64,000 bases of DNA from Minisyncoccota bacterium (GCA_018062445.1 JAGOSG010000001.1:122426-186425); one strand, 5' to 3'; positions 20,265 through 30,542 are shown, numbered from the stretch's first letter. Notes: generated from the letters alone by a model not told the origin. Numbers and translations: made by a program.

Positions 20265-20828
20265 CTATTTCATTAATCCTTCCAGTACTCCTTCAGGAGT
20301 CACTTTTAGAAAAAGCGTTACGCCAACTGATGGCCGTGCAGTCATAGGTTCGCCCTCCTTCCGCTCAGCAAAATTTACATAAAGCTCTTTTGAATCAGCG
20401 TGTATTTCTGTAGTTTGTGGTGCAATCCTGTCTCCTACCAAAAACGCATTCGTGGTTTTGTACCCGTCAGCAGTTTTGAGTGCGACAACGACATAGTAAA
20501 AGAGTCCACTACCTCCAGTGTCTTGTGTGATAAGAAAAGCAACATCATCCATACCATCCCCATTCAAATCACCCTTCGATTCGTTTCCAAAATAGCGTGT
20601 TGTCACCTTTGAAGCAGAACCTGGCACTATAGACACCTCTGAAATGCCCTGTACCAAAACAACTTCATTTCCTTCAATCGTAAAGTGAGTATTTTTCCCA
20701 TCAAAGACAGTAAGATCTTGTGCGGGCACTGTAGACACTACTTCATTACTGCTTCTTGTAAAAAAGAAAACAGCTACGATTGCTACAGCAATAACGACAA
20801 TAAAACTGATGAGTGTTTTTTTATTCAT
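20265..20828 (-). CDS. hypothetical secreted protein
   Basis: N-terminal signal/anchor MNKKTLISFIVVIAVAIVAVFFF; beta-rich. Confidence 0.45.
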   Translation of the reverse strand: MNKKTLISFIVVIAVAIVAVFFFTRSSNEVVSTVPAQDLTVFDGKNTHFTIEGNEVVLVQGISEVSIVPGSASKVTTRYFGNESKGDLNGDGMDDVAFLITQDTGGSGLFYYVVVALKTADGYKTTNAFLVGDRIAPQTTEIHADSKELYVNFAERKEGEPMTARPSVGVTLFLKVTPEGVLEGLMK

Positions 20829-20832
20829 ATAT

Positions 20833-21162
20833 TTACATTATGACCCATTTTCTGGTTACAGAGTCATACTCCGCTATATTCTCCGCCCATCCTCCATCAT
20901 CTACAACCATAATACTAGTCACTAGTGAATCGCTTCCATTCGGAAATGTGCCTTTTCTCTGGTAAATATACTCAGCAATGTCCTTTTCTACTTTCCGAGT
21001 CCCTCTAACCTCTAGGAGATATATTCCATCTTTGTCACGTAATTCTTTTAATATTGTAGGATTTTCGCAATAGGTACTAAGTTTTGAAAGTACTTGCTCT
21101 CGAGTAAGTATACCTTCGAAACCTCTTTCAGTAGCATTATCTTGTGGACCTTCAGTAACCAT
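20833..21162 (-). CDS. hypothetical protein
   Basis: ORF only; 4-nt gap to the previous gene suggests an operon. Confidence 0.4.
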   Translation of the reverse strand: MVTEGPQDNATERGFEGILTREQVLSKLSTYCENPTILKELRDKDGIYLLEVRGTRKVEKDIAEYIYQRKGTFPNGSDSLVTSIMVVDDGGWAENIAEYDSVTRKWVIM

Positions 21163-21171
21163 ATAGAAAAA

Positions 21172-21573
21172 TTAAGAAAGTACTTGGGTGCAAAACGCAC
21201 AACGACGCGCACTTGCAGGTATCTTCGAGAGACACTCTGGGCATTTTTTTGTTGCAGGATCAGCTGGTGTGTCTTTTAGCGCATGCGCGCTGAGTACATT
21301 CATCGGCTTAACCACAAAGAAAAATACTGAACCAGCCACAAGAATGAATGATATAAGAGTATTGATAAAATGGCCGTATTTAAACTGACTACCGTTCAAG
21401 GTAAACACTAATCCGCCAAAATCAGGAACTTTTGCAATTGCAGCTATAAAGGGAGTAAGTAGGTCAGCCACTAAAGCAGTCACGATACTTCCAAAGGCTG
21501 CTCCCACCACGACACCGACTGCCAAATCGACAACATTGCCTCGCAGTAAAAACGCCTTGAATTCATTAAACAT
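21172..21573 (-). CDS. mscL: large-conductance mechanosensitive channel with C-terminal CxxC-x9-CxxC zinc-ribbon tail
   Basis: MFNEFKAFLLRGNVVDLAVGVVVGAAFGSIVTALVADLLTP is near-identical to the MscL TM1 consensus; tail KKCPECLSKIPASARRCAFCTQ. Confidence 0.85.
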   Translation of the reverse strand: MFNEFKAFLLRGNVVDLAVGVVVGAAFGSIVTALVADLLTPFIAAIAKVPDFGGLVFTLNGSQFKYGHFINTLISFILVAGSVFFFVVKPMNVLSAHALKDTPADPATKKCPECLSKIPASARRCAFCTQVLS

Positions 21574-21832
21574 AGAAATTTTGAATAAATAAAACAGATA
21601 CTCGCTGATAATAACAGATTTTTAAGTGCTTTTGTTGCTCAAAGCCCGCGCTCTATGTAAGAGTCTTTTTGAAGACACGGGGAATGCTTGTAATAGTTAT
21701 CGGACATGTACGGCTATGGGAGTACAGTCTTAAAAAAACAATATTATTAGCCATAAAATTGCCACGAGCCATGCAACGCAAATAGCCAGTTAATCAAAAA
21801 CCGGACTCCGAGTTAATAAAGCGTTACAGAAT

Positions 21833-22423
21833 ATGACTGAAACAAAGAAAAAAACAAATAGATCAAAAGAGTCTCAAGAACTCGCCCTGCACTACATGAA
21901 AACACTCGTTGAGGTGGCTCGTGAGTCATTCTTAATTCTTGACTCAAACCTTCGAGTCGTTTCGGCAAATCCAACTTTTTATGAAAACTTTCAAGTCTCT
22001 CCTGAACAAACAGAGAATGTGCTTCTCTATGAACTCGGTAATGGTCAATGGAACATTCCCATCTTAAAGAGTTTGTTAGAAGAAATTCTACCAATGAAAA
22101 AAGTAGTTAAAGACTACGAAGTAAAACACTTATTCCAAAAAATCGGAGAAAAAACAATATTGCTTAATGCTAGGCAAATAGACATTGATACGGCGCACAT
22201 GATTGTCTTGGCAATGGAAGACATTACTGTGAGAAAAGAGCTGGAGCAAAAACTAGCCGAATACACTTCAGAGCTTGAATTAAAGGTGGCAGAGCGCACA
22301 AGAGAGATTGCGGATAGAGTGAGAGACTTGGAATCCTTGAACCAAGTCATGGTTGGGAGAGAATTGAAAATGATAGAATTGAAAAAGGAACTCACTGAAC
22401 TTAGGCTCTCAGCAATAGGATAG
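21833..22423 (+). CDS. PAS-domain protein with C-terminal coiled coil (no kinase domain)
   Basis: PAS-like core followed by a heptad-rich tail; immediately upstream of the histidine kinase. Confidence 0.55.
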   Translation: MTETKKKTNRSKESQELALHYMKTLVEVARESFLILDSNLRVVSANPTFYENFQVSPEQTENVLLYELGNGQWNIPILKSLLEEILPMKKVVKDYEVKHLFQKIGEKTILLNARQIDIDTAHMIVLAMEDITVRKELEQKLAEYTSELELKVAERTREIADRVRDLESLNQVMVGRELKMIELKKELTELRLSAIG

Positions 22424-22433
22424 CTCGAGCTCT

Positions 22434-23678
22434 ATGACAGTAGTCACATCAGACATTCTTATGGATAAAGAATTACTGCACAAAAAAGAACTTGCGAACT
22501 CCCAAGCTGCTCTTCTTAATGTTTTAGACGATCAAAAAAAAGATTCTGAAAAAATACTCAAAAAGAAAGCCGTAGACGAGGCGATACTTGCAAGTATTGG
22601 TGATGGGCTTGTAGTCGTGGATAAGGAAGGAAAGATAACCTATGTGAATCAATCATTTGAAAAAATGCTTGGCTGGTCGTCTAAAGAAGTCTTGGGTAAA
22701 CGCATTGTTGCGGTAGTACCGCGTGAAGATGAAAAAGGAGAAGAGGTTCCCTTTAATGAAAGAATCTTGAACAAGGTACTCCGTGGAGAGGTAGTGGTTA
22801 CCGACCTTACTAACCCTTTCTATTATATTCGGAAAGACAAGACTCGTTTCCCTTCAAGTAGCATCGTTACTTCGATTGTACTTGACGGCGAAATCATTGG
22901 GGTCGTCGAGACATTTCGAGATATCACAAAAGAAAAAGAGATAGATAAGGCAAAAACTGAGTTCGTCTCTCTTGCTTCTCATCAACTTCGTACTCCCCTT
23001 TCTACCATCAATTGGTATACAGAGATGCTTTTAACAGGAGATGTAGGCAAACTAAATGCGGAGCAAGAAAAATACCTCAACGAAGTGTATCGCGGTAATC
23101 AACGCATGGTTGGGCTGGTGAACGCACTCTTGAGTGTCTCTCGCATGGACCTCGGAACCTTCATTTTCGAACCTGAACCAACCGACATTCCCCTACTCGT
23201 TCGAAGTGTGCTCGATGAACAAATGCCTCATATTATCCAAAAAGGTATCACCGTTTTCCCAACATTTGGAACCAACATCCCGCTCATACAGGTTGATCCA
23301 AAACTACTTAGAATGGTAGTGCAAAACCTACTCTCAAATGCTATTAAATACACCCCGGAAAAAGGGAAAATAGACCTCTCACTCACGCTTACAGATGAAA
23401 AAAAATGTCTACTATTCACGATTTCTGATACGGGATACGGCATACCAAAAAACCAACAACACAAAATTTTTCAAAAACTTTTTCGAGCTGACAATGTACG
23501 CGAAAAAGATACCGAAGGCACTGGACTTGGACTCTACATTGCAAAAGCAATCATTGATAACTCTGGAGGGAAGATCTGGTTTGAGTCGCCTGTCTCAAAC
23601 TATATCGAAGGAGAGGAAAATGTAGGCACCACGTTTTATGTCGAGTTGCCATGTAAATTATTAGAAAAGAGTAAATAA
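22434..23678 (+). CDS. PAS-sensor histidine kinase
   Basis: HisKA box FVSLASHQLRTPLSTI; HATPase_c N/G boxes LLSNAIKYT ... DTGYGIP ... GTGLGLYIAKAII. Confidence 0.8.
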   Translation: MTVVTSDILMDKELLHKKELANSQAALLNVLDDQKKDSEKILKKKAVDEAILASIGDGLVVVDKEGKITYVNQSFEKMLGWSSKEVLGKRIVAVVPREDEKGEEVPFNERILNKVLRGEVVVTDLTNPFYYIRKDKTRFPSSSIVTSIVLDGEIIGVVETFRDITKEKEIDKAKTEFVSLASHQLRTPLSTINWYTEMLLTGDVGKLNAEQEKYLNEVYRGNQRMVGLVNALLSVSRMDLGTFIFEPEPTDIPLLVRSVLDEQMPHIIQKGITVFPTFGTNIPLIQVDPKLLRMVVQNLLSNAIKYTPEKGKIDLSLTLTDEKKCLLFTISDTGYGIPKNQQHKIFQKLFRADNVREKDTEGTGLGLYIAKAIIDNSGGKIWFESPVSNYIEGEENVGTTFYVELPCKLLEKSK

Positions 23679-23688
23679 CATCTTCATT

Positions 23689-24156
23689 ATGAATCGCACA
23701 TCAAAAAAAAGCAGAACAATACTAGTGTTAGAGGACGAGCAATCCCTACTCGGCGTTATTAAAGCTAAGCTTGAAAAAGAAGGCATCCGCGTTCTTACAT
23801 CTCGCAGTGTAGAGAAGGCTTTTAGTACTGATCTCAAAAAAAGCAAATCAGGAGGTGTAACCTTGAATAGTGTTAAAACGGCACTCAAACATGTGGAGGA
23901 CTTGGAGCAGGTTGATGCTATTTGGCTCGACCACAATCTTGTAGGCGAAGAAAATGGACTTGATTTCGTGACAAAATTTAAAAGAAATGGGGGGCACTGG
24001 AGTAAGATCCCGATCTTTGTTGTATCAAATACCGCAGATCCCGATTTAGTTAAAACCTACATACGACTTGGAATAAATAAATACTATGTGAAAGCAGAAA
24101 ATCGCCTCGATACCATTGTTGCAGACATACACTCCTCTCTCGCTCATAGTACGTAA
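23689..24156 (+). CDS. stand-alone response-regulator receiver domain protein (atypical)
   Basis: ILVLEDEQSLLG ... IWLDHNL receiver-like pattern; no output domain. Confidence 0.5.
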   Translation: MNRTSKKSRTILVLEDEQSLLGVIKAKLEKEGIRVLTSRSVEKAFSTDLKKSKSGGVTLNSVKTALKHVEDLEQVDAIWLDHNLVGEENGLDFVTKFKRNGGHWSKIPIFVVSNTADPDLVKTYIRLGINKYYVKAENRLDTIVADIHSSLAHST

Positions 24157-24159
24157 GTA

Positions 24160-24561
24160 ATGAAACCAGAAACTAAAAAGAACACGATTCTCATTGTTGA
24201 GGATGAGATTTCACTCCGCAATGCACTCCGTGACAAATTCACACGGGAAGGTTTTATTGTATTTGATGCCAAAGACGGCGAAGTAGGGCTCGCCACCGCC
24301 CTTCGTGAACAACCTCAATTGATTCTTCTTGACCTCATGATGCCGAAGATGGACGGCATGACCATGCTTCATAAGCTACGCCCTGAAAATGAATGGAGCA
24401 AAAGTGTACCGGTTATACTTCTTACAAACTTTGGTGCTGATGACAAAGCAACAATGAAAGAAATAGAGGAAGACACATCGGCTTACTATTTGGTAAAATC
24501 AAATTGGTCTATGGACCAAATGGTAGAAAAAGCTAGAGAAACAATCGCTTTAACCATATAA
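24160..24561 (+). CDS. CheY-like single-domain response regulator
   Basis: ILIVEDEISLRN ... LILLDLMMPKMDGMTML with canonical receiver Asp and Lys positions; 133 aa, no output domain. Confidence 0.75.
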   Translation: MKPETKKNTILIVEDEISLRNALRDKFTREGFIVFDAKDGEVGLATALREQPQLILLDLMMPKMDGMTMLHKLRPENEWSKSVPVILLTNFGADDKATMKEIEEDTSAYYLVKSNWSMDQMVEKARETIALTI

Positions 24562-24580
24562 ATAGAGACTCACGCATGAT

Positions 24581-25039
24581 ATGCACCTAACCCCAGAACC
24601 TACAGAGCGAGGGTCCAAAAATCCTCTCCTCTACTATCTTGTTGCGGTGCCACTAACTTTGCTTATGGTAATTCCTGTTGTCATCGCAGACATCTTTTTT
24701 GAAATATACCACCAAATAGCCTTCCCTATATACGGGATACCTCGTGTAAAGCGATCTCGCTACATCCGCATTACCGATAGAGAAAAACTTCCGTATCTTT
24801 CATGGTTTGAAAAATTAAACTGCGCCTACTGCGGATATGTGAATGGGTGGTTGCATTATGCGTCAACCATTGCAGGAAGAACCGAGAGTCATTTTTGCGC
24901 AATAGCCCATCTGGAAACGCGTGGCTATATTCCATCGGAACACGAAAAATCTTTTATGAAATATGGTGATGATTCTGCACTTAAGAAGCGTTACTCCTCA
25001 CACAATTTGAAGTACGAAGATACAGGGTCTAATTCATAA
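24581..25039 (+). CDS. hypothetical membrane protein with CAYCGYVNGW Cys motif
   Basis: ORF only; one N-terminal TM. Confidence 0.4.
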   Translation: MHLTPEPTERGSKNPLLYYLVAVPLTLLMVIPVVIADIFFEIYHQIAFPIYGIPRVKRSRYIRITDREKLPYLSWFEKLNCAYCGYVNGWLHYASTIAGRTESHFCAIAHLETRGYIPSEHEKSFMKYGDDSALKKRYSSHNLKYEDTGSNS

Positions 25040-25765
25040 CCTTGGTTCGCGATATTCTCTTGCTTGAATTTCAACAAGCGTACCGGAAGGCACTGAGTCA
25101 AAAAGCTCTACAACGTCTTTATTCCTCATTCGAATACATCCGTGTGAGACAGGACTCCCAATAAGACCCTCCTCCTGTGTTCCATGTATGTAGATATAGC
25201 GAGCGTGCGAATCAACGCCTTCTCCTTTATTTATGTTTGGCTCTTCACCTTGAAGCCACATAATGCGCGTGGTTACTACATCTTCAGAGGTGTCGATGGG
25301 ATTTTTTATGATATCAATCACACGATCAGTCTGCTCGCGTGCAACAAACACCGCCCCTTCAGGTGCTCCATCCCCTATCTTTTCTTTTATCCTATGAGTT
25401 CCCCACGGCGTTCTCTCGCTTCCTTTTTGTGTACCGACACCATTTTTACTTGTTGACACTGGATATATTTTTATAATCTTGTTGTTTTGTACAACATAGA
25501 GTTCCTGTTTTTCTGGATTCACAACAATGGCATTCTGCTCGGGTTGGAGTCCAAATTGTGATGTTAATTTCTGAACGCTCTCGGTAATATCTTTTAATGC
25601 CTCCTCCTTTCGAGCATCTTCGTTTGCTGTACGCACTACTTTCTCACCAACAACTCCCACAACAACAGCTCCAGCTGTCGCTAGACCCCAACCAAGAAAC
25701 CTTCTTCTGTTAACTCCTTTCTTATCAAGAGACTCTTCACTTGGTGTAAAAGAATTTTTATCCAT
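25034..25765 (-). CDS. L,D-transpeptidase (YkuD domain) with Tat-like signal
   Basis: HGTQEEGLIGSPVSHGCIRMRNKDV catalytic His/Cys motif; RRRFLGWGLATAGA twin-arginine-like signal. Start trimmed to MDKNSF to avoid overlapping pyk. Confidence 0.7.
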   Translation of the reverse strand: MDKNSFTPSEESLDKKGVNRRRFLGWGLATAGAVVVGVVGEKVVRTANEDARKEEALKDITESVQKLTSQFGLQPEQNAIVVNPEKQELYVVQNNKIIKIYPVSTSKNGVGTQKGSERTPWGTHRIKEKIGDGAPEGAVFVAREQTDRVIDIIKNPIDTSEDVVTTRIMWLQGEEPNINKGEGVDSHARYIYIHGTQEEGLIGSPVSHGCIRMRNKDVVELFDSVPSGTLVEIQAREYREPRL

Positions 25766-25772
25766 ACGACTA

Positions 25773-27191
25773 CTACACAACTTGAATACTGCAGGTATTA
25801 GTACTCCCCGTAGTCCCGAATGGGAGACCAGCAACAAGTATAAAGGTATCTCCTTTCTTGGCACACTTTTGTTCAATAAGGATACGCTTTGCTAATACAA
25901 CAGCTTCTTCAAATTGTGTAACTCTACTCCTATCAAAAATAGGAATAATGCCAAACGAAACACTGAGCTGGTGAGCCACTGTGTTATGTGGAGTAAGCGC
26001 AATAATAGGCAGATGTGGTTTGTGCCTTGAGAGCATGCGGGCCGTACTTCCTGTTTCAGTGAGTGCAACAATCGCTTTTGCACCAAGGAGATGCGCGTCA
26101 TACGTTGCAGAGAGCGTAGTGACATCAGTTGTCGTCACTTCATTCATAGGACGGCGTTTCTCCATCGTTTCTCTATAGAAATCACTTGTCTCTGCGCGCA
26201 TTGCAATACTTGCCATGGTACGGACAACGAGCGCAGGATCATCACCTACAGCAGACTCTTGTGAGAGCATCACGGCATCTGTTCCATCAAAGACAGCATT
26301 CGCAACATCGGCAACTTCAGCGCGTGTTGGCACAGGACTTTCAGTCATTGAGTCAAGCATCTGTGTTGCAGTGATAACTGGTTTACCAAGCTTCCTGCAC
26401 ATACGAATCATTCTCTTTTGGAGAAGCGGTACATCCTCTTTGGGAACTTCTACTGCCAAATCACCGCGAGCAATCATAATGCCGTCTGTCACTGCAACAA
26501 TTTCATCTAAATTGTCTATAGCGGATTGCGTTTCAATCTTTGCAATAATGAGAGCATTGCTTTTAGCTTTAATGAGAATCTTACGAAGATCAGTAATGTC
26601 TTTTGCGGTCTGCACAAAAGAAAGTGCCACCATGTCGACATTCTTCGTGAGCCCAAATGCGAGATCGCTTTTGTCTTTTGCGGTCATGGCACCAATAGGA
26701 AGCATTGCTCCTGGAACATTCACGCCTCGGCGACTTCGAATATGACCACCTGCAACTACCTTTGTGTGAATATCTGTTCCCTCAACCTTCACCACCTTGA
26801 GTATGTACTTACCATCCTCAAGCATGATGTTCATGCCAGCCTGAACGCAAGAAGGTAGAGACGAGAGGCTTACTGAAACAATTTCTTTATCCCCCACTAC
26901 TTTCCGAGTAGTGATGGTAAATGCATCACCTGCTTTAAGCTCAACTGCGCCTTCAGAAAAATCACCGATGCGAATCTTAGGACCACAAAGATCTTGAAGG
27001 ATGGCGATGGGCTGACCCGTTACAATAGCAGCACTCCGTGCATTATCTATCCGCTCTCCATGTTCAGCATGGTCGCCGTGTGAAAAGTTAATGCGAGCAA
27101 CATTCATGCCCGCATTAATCATTGCCTCAATAACCTTTGGGTTGGTGCTCGCAGGCCCGAGTGTTGCAACTATTTTTGTTTGTTTGATCAT
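25773..27191 (-). CDS. pyk: pyruvate kinase
   Basis: MIKQTKIVATLGPASTNPKVIEAMINAGMNVARINFSHG canonical N-terminus; 472 aa. Confidence 0.9.
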   Translation of the reverse strand: MIKQTKIVATLGPASTNPKVIEAMINAGMNVARINFSHGDHAEHGERIDNARSAAIVTGQPIAILQDLCGPKIRIGDFSEGAVELKAGDAFTITTRKVVGDKEIVSVSLSSLPSCVQAGMNIMLEDGKYILKVVKVEGTDIHTKVVAGGHIRSRRGVNVPGAMLPIGAMTAKDKSDLAFGLTKNVDMVALSFVQTAKDITDLRKILIKAKSNALIIAKIETQSAIDNLDEIVAVTDGIMIARGDLAVEVPKEDVPLLQKRMIRMCRKLGKPVITATQMLDSMTESPVPTRAEVADVANAVFDGTDAVMLSQESAVGDDPALVVRTMASIAMRAETSDFYRETMEKRRPMNEVTTTDVTTLSATYDAHLLGAKAIVALTETGSTARMLSRHKPHLPIIALTPHNTVAHQLSVSFGIIPIFDRSRVTQFEEAVVLAKRILIEQKCAKKGDTFILVAGLPFGTTGSTNTCSIQVV

Positions 27192-27261
27192 GATTTCTGT
27201 CTGTTAATATAAAACAAAATAGTCTCTTTGTCCATTGAGTGGCAACCTCGGCAAATAAAAA

Positions 27262-27693
27262 TCAAGGACGTCGCTTCCCTTTCGCAAGCATCTGGCAGGC
27301 TTTCATAATTTGAAGCCCGCGCGCTTCTGATTCTGTAGCTTTCTCTACCCAACTTACAAAATCTCTCCGCTCATTTGGTGTAAGGCTACCCCAAGTAGCC
27401 TTTGCCTTAGGACTTGCTCCCAGAGCTTTGTAGAGATTCATTGGCACGAGCGCATAACAGCAAGGGCGCCTTTTTCCAGAGAGGAGCCTTGAGGGAATAC
27501 TCAGGGCTCGACGTTTGCGCGTCTCAACTTGTTTTGCCGACTCTACCCAACTAATAAAATCTCTTCGTGCGATTGGCGTAAGGCTATCCCACAACATCTG
27601 CACTTTCGAACTCGTCCTGATAACTTTTACAATGTCCGTTGGTGTCTTAGGCTCTAGTTCTCTTCTACCTGACTTAGCACTTACTTTGTTCAT
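27262..27693 (-). CDS. YdeI/OmpD-associated (DUF1801-like) family protein, internally duplicated
   Basis: Two tandem copies of W..LTP..RRDF(I/V)SWVE.A....R.RR. Confidence 0.5.
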   Translation of the reverse strand: MNKVSAKSGRRELEPKTPTDIVKVIRTSSKVQMLWDSLTPIARRDFISWVESAKQVETRKRRALSIPSRLLSGKRRPCCYALVPMNLYKALGASPKAKATWGSLTPNERRDFVSWVEKATESEARGLQIMKACQMLAKGKRRP

Positions 27694-27723
27694 ACTTTTA
27701 TTCTACCTTAAGCAGTCAGAACA

Positions 27724-27768
27724 AAAGAAAATGAAAACCCGCCAGAATGGCGGGTTTTCATTTTCTTT
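27724..27768. terminator. bidirectional intrinsic terminator GAAAACCCGCC-agaat-GGCGGGTTTTC
   Basis: 11-bp GC-rich stem flanked by A- and T-runs. Confidence 0.65.
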
Positions 27769-27814
27769 TATACATAGGATCAACTACCACCCCTTCCCAG
27801 AAAGCTTCCTCTAC

Positions 27815-28381
27815 TTATTCGTTAACGTAAGCTACTGCAGCAGATTGGAAGTATGTCGGTCCACTACCCCCTAAGTGGTTGACGAATGAGTGCGCCTTAT
27901 CTTTGAGTAACCCGTACGTTCCTTTAATTCCTCCCAAGACGACACCCTGCACAGCTGCAGCTACAAAAGCACCTGCAATGACTGGCGTCATAAACTGCGC
28001 CCCAACTCTTCCCCATGGACTTTGCCATTCAGAAATCAGCGTCACCAGACCACCGACATACATCTTCTTTGCCTTTTCCATTTCCGACATCATAGTTGCA
28101 CCAACACGAACTAAACCATGAACTGGTGTTAATCCAAGATCGACAGTCGCACCAATAACGCGCGCGGTTCCGTCTGAAGCTTCACGCACCCCAAAGGATG
28201 TCTGTTGAACATTATTTGCTCCATTGGTTTCTTGCGGCCTCCACATTAAGTCACGAGCCTCTCCAGCTCCGGAAAAGCGCTCTAACGGCAATGTAATACT
28301 TTCAGCTCGTCCGAAGCGGTTCTCTCTTCGTCCCCCATAAACTTCTCCATTAATGCTATGAAATCCCTCTAGTACAGACAT
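27815..28381 (-). CDS. hypothetical protein with glycine-zipper hydrophobic segment
   Basis: ORF only. Confidence 0.4.
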   Translation of the reverse strand: MSVLEGFHSINGEVYGGRRENRFGRAESITLPLERFSGAGEARDLMWRPQETNGANNVQQTSFGVREASDGTARVIGATVDLGLTPVHGLVRVGATMMSEMEKAKKMYVGGLVTLISEWQSPWGRVGAQFMTPVIAGAFVAAAVQGVVLGGIKGTYGLLKDKAHSFVNHLGGSGPTYFQSAAVAYVNE

Positions 28382-28808
28382 AATGATCGTGCGGTAATCG
28401 CTTATATTAATTAGTGTGAATTATAATTTTCACGGTTTTTTGTTAAGGAGGTACTATACTCTCAACGTGTAGCCTGTCAAATGCAAGCTGTGCATGCGCC
28501 GTCACTTATAGAAACCTTTCCCGAATTCACATCTAGGAAAACAAAAGTACCCCTTAAGTTAAGGCGCTCCGACCTTTTCTTTTTTAAGAAAAACTTATCG
28601 CAAAGGACACAGGCCAGCTTCACACATGACACACTTCGGAGAGTGTCTGCACAAACATGCACAAGTATCCACTGCCTCCACATTTTTTAGCACTCCTTCC
28701 ATAGATTGCATTGTTCCATGATTGAACGGAAATGTCAATAGGTGTATTTCGCTTCACCTAGAGACCGTATTAGTAACACAAGTGATGAAGTACATCCTTG
28801 CTGATATA

Positions 28809-30449
28809 TCAGGAAAAATGTAAGTTCGGCCATTCGTCTTCGAGTTTTGAAACAAGAAAGTCGCCGGATACACGCTCCGGGAAAATGACATAGTCAGCAC
28901 CGGCATCTCGAAGTACTTGCTCCTGATCGGCTTCGTCGGTACGCACCACGATTTGCGCCTTCACATTACTTATCCGGCAGGCATCAAGAAGTGCGAGGTT
29001 GTCTCTTGTCCCACCTGCTGTTGAAATAATGAGATGGGCCGTATTGAGCTGCAGGTTCGCCAGTATTTCAGAGTCACTCACATCGCCATAGAGCGCATGG
29101 TAGCCTTGCGCACGCAAGCGTCGCACCGCCGTAGGATTATAGTCAAGAACGAGCACTTCTATCTTCGCCTTTTTCAAATACTCTATGACTACGGTGCCCA
29201 CCCTGTCAGCGCCAACAACGACAACATGTCCAGACAGCGGTGGAAGAATCGCATCGGGCAATACATCAACCGCTTCTTTTCTCTGGAATCGTGCGACGAA
29301 GGGTTTCATGAATGTGTAGATAGACTCAGAATGATTCATAAGTGTTGACGAGAAGATTATAGAAAGCACAGCAGAGCCGGCAATAATTGCAAGTGCGGAC
29401 TCCGAGGCGAAACCATGTTCGACGGCCAACAGGACAACAATCAGAGAGAACTCGGATACCTGCGTCATGTTTAGAGACGTCTGGAAAAGAGTGTGTTTGC
29501 GGAATTTGAAGAAACTTAAACCAACCAGATATGCAAATGGTTTCATAAAAAGAGCGAGCGCGGTGAATCCGAAGATTATCGGCAGAGAATTTGTGATGCC
29601 CGCAAGGTCAACTTGGGAGCCGATATATATGAAGAATAATGCAACAAAGAAATCTCTGATTGGTTTTACTTTAGCCTGAATCTGAATCTGATACGGGGAA
29701 GAAGCGAGCGCAACACCTGCCAAAAATGCACCGATGACAACCGAAAAGCCAGCCAAAACCGCAACAGAGGTAAAGATAAAGCACCATGTAATAGCGGCGA
29801 GGAACAATAACTCGACAGACTTCGCCATCTTATTAAACAGGAACGGCAGTACGAAACGAGATATGAGGAACGCTGCACTAATCAAAGCTATTGCCTTAAC
29901 CGTAAATATAAGGAGGGGCATAAGAATTGCAGTGCTCCACCCGAAAGAAATAAGATTTCTAGTTATAGCAACCATCACGATAATGGCCACGAGGTCTTCA
30001 ACAAGGAGAATGCCGATGGAAAGTTTCCCATATAAAGACGCTGTATCGCGTCTTTCAGAAAGCATCTTAGCGATAACAATCGTCGAAGCGAACGCGAGCG
30101 AGATGCCTAAGATTGCCGCCTCAGTTCCAGAGAAACCAAAAAACGTTGCCAACGTAAAACCGGCGACAGAAGAGACTACAATTTGGAAAAGCGTCGCTAC
30201 GATAATAGGGCGCCCTAGAGAGCGAATCTCACTCAAATTGAGCTCCATCCCAATCAAAAACAACACGAACGCTATACCTATTTCAGGAAGGGTGTGTAAG
30301 ACAACTGAATCAGAAAGATTATATGCAGAAAGCGCCACTCCAGCTAAGAGATACGCCATAACCAAAGGAAGTCGGAATCGCATTGCTGTGTATCCAATAA
30401 CACAAGCCACCGAAAGCATAATGGCAAGCTCCAAAAAAACGCTGTTCAT
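28809..30449 (-). CDS. monovalent cation:proton antiporter (CPA2, Kef-type) with C-terminal RCK/TrkA-N domain
   Basis: About 12 TM helices plus VVVVGADRVGTVVIEYLKK...LVLDYNP Rossmann RCK domain. Confidence 0.8.
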   Translation of the reverse strand: MNSVFLELAIMLSVACVIGYTAMRFRLPLVMAYLLAGVALSAYNLSDSVVLHTLPEIGIAFVLFLIGMELNLSEIRSLGRPIIVATLFQIVVSSVAGFTLATFFGFSGTEAAILGISLAFASTIVIAKMLSERRDTASLYGKLSIGILLVEDLVAIIVMVAITRNLISFGWSTAILMPLLIFTVKAIALISAAFLISRFVLPFLFNKMAKSVELLFLAAITWCFIFTSVAVLAGFSVVIGAFLAGVALASSPYQIQIQAKVKPIRDFFVALFFIYIGSQVDLAGITNSLPIIFGFTALALFMKPFAYLVGLSFFKFRKHTLFQTSLNMTQVSEFSLIVVLLAVEHGFASESALAIIAGSAVLSIIFSSTLMNHSESIYTFMKPFVARFQRKEAVDVLPDAILPPLSGHVVVVGADRVGTVVIEYLKKAKIEVLVLDYNPTAVRRLRAQGYHALYGDVSDSEILANLQLNTAHLIISTAGGTRDNLALLDACRISNVKAQIVVRTDEADQEQVLRDAGADYVIFPERVSGDFLVSKLEDEWPNLHFS

Positions 30450-30542
30450 AGAAAGAATTATACCCTGAACAAAGCTCTATTAATACCTAGAGATATAAAA
30501 AGGAGTTTAGATTAACTCATTCGTCATTGGAGCGAACGTGGG

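Noticed and set aside
25892-26858. ORFs antisense to pyk (for example 26215..26745)
   Set aside because: Shadow ORFs inside the well-supported pyruvate kinase gene.
28382-28808. 420-bp gap scanned for RNase P RNA, SRP RNA, tmRNA or 6S RNA
   Set aside because: None of the conserved motifs I know (RNase P P4 GGAAAGTCCGG, SRP GGAAGCAGCC) is present. Left unassigned; a covariance-model scan could still find something.
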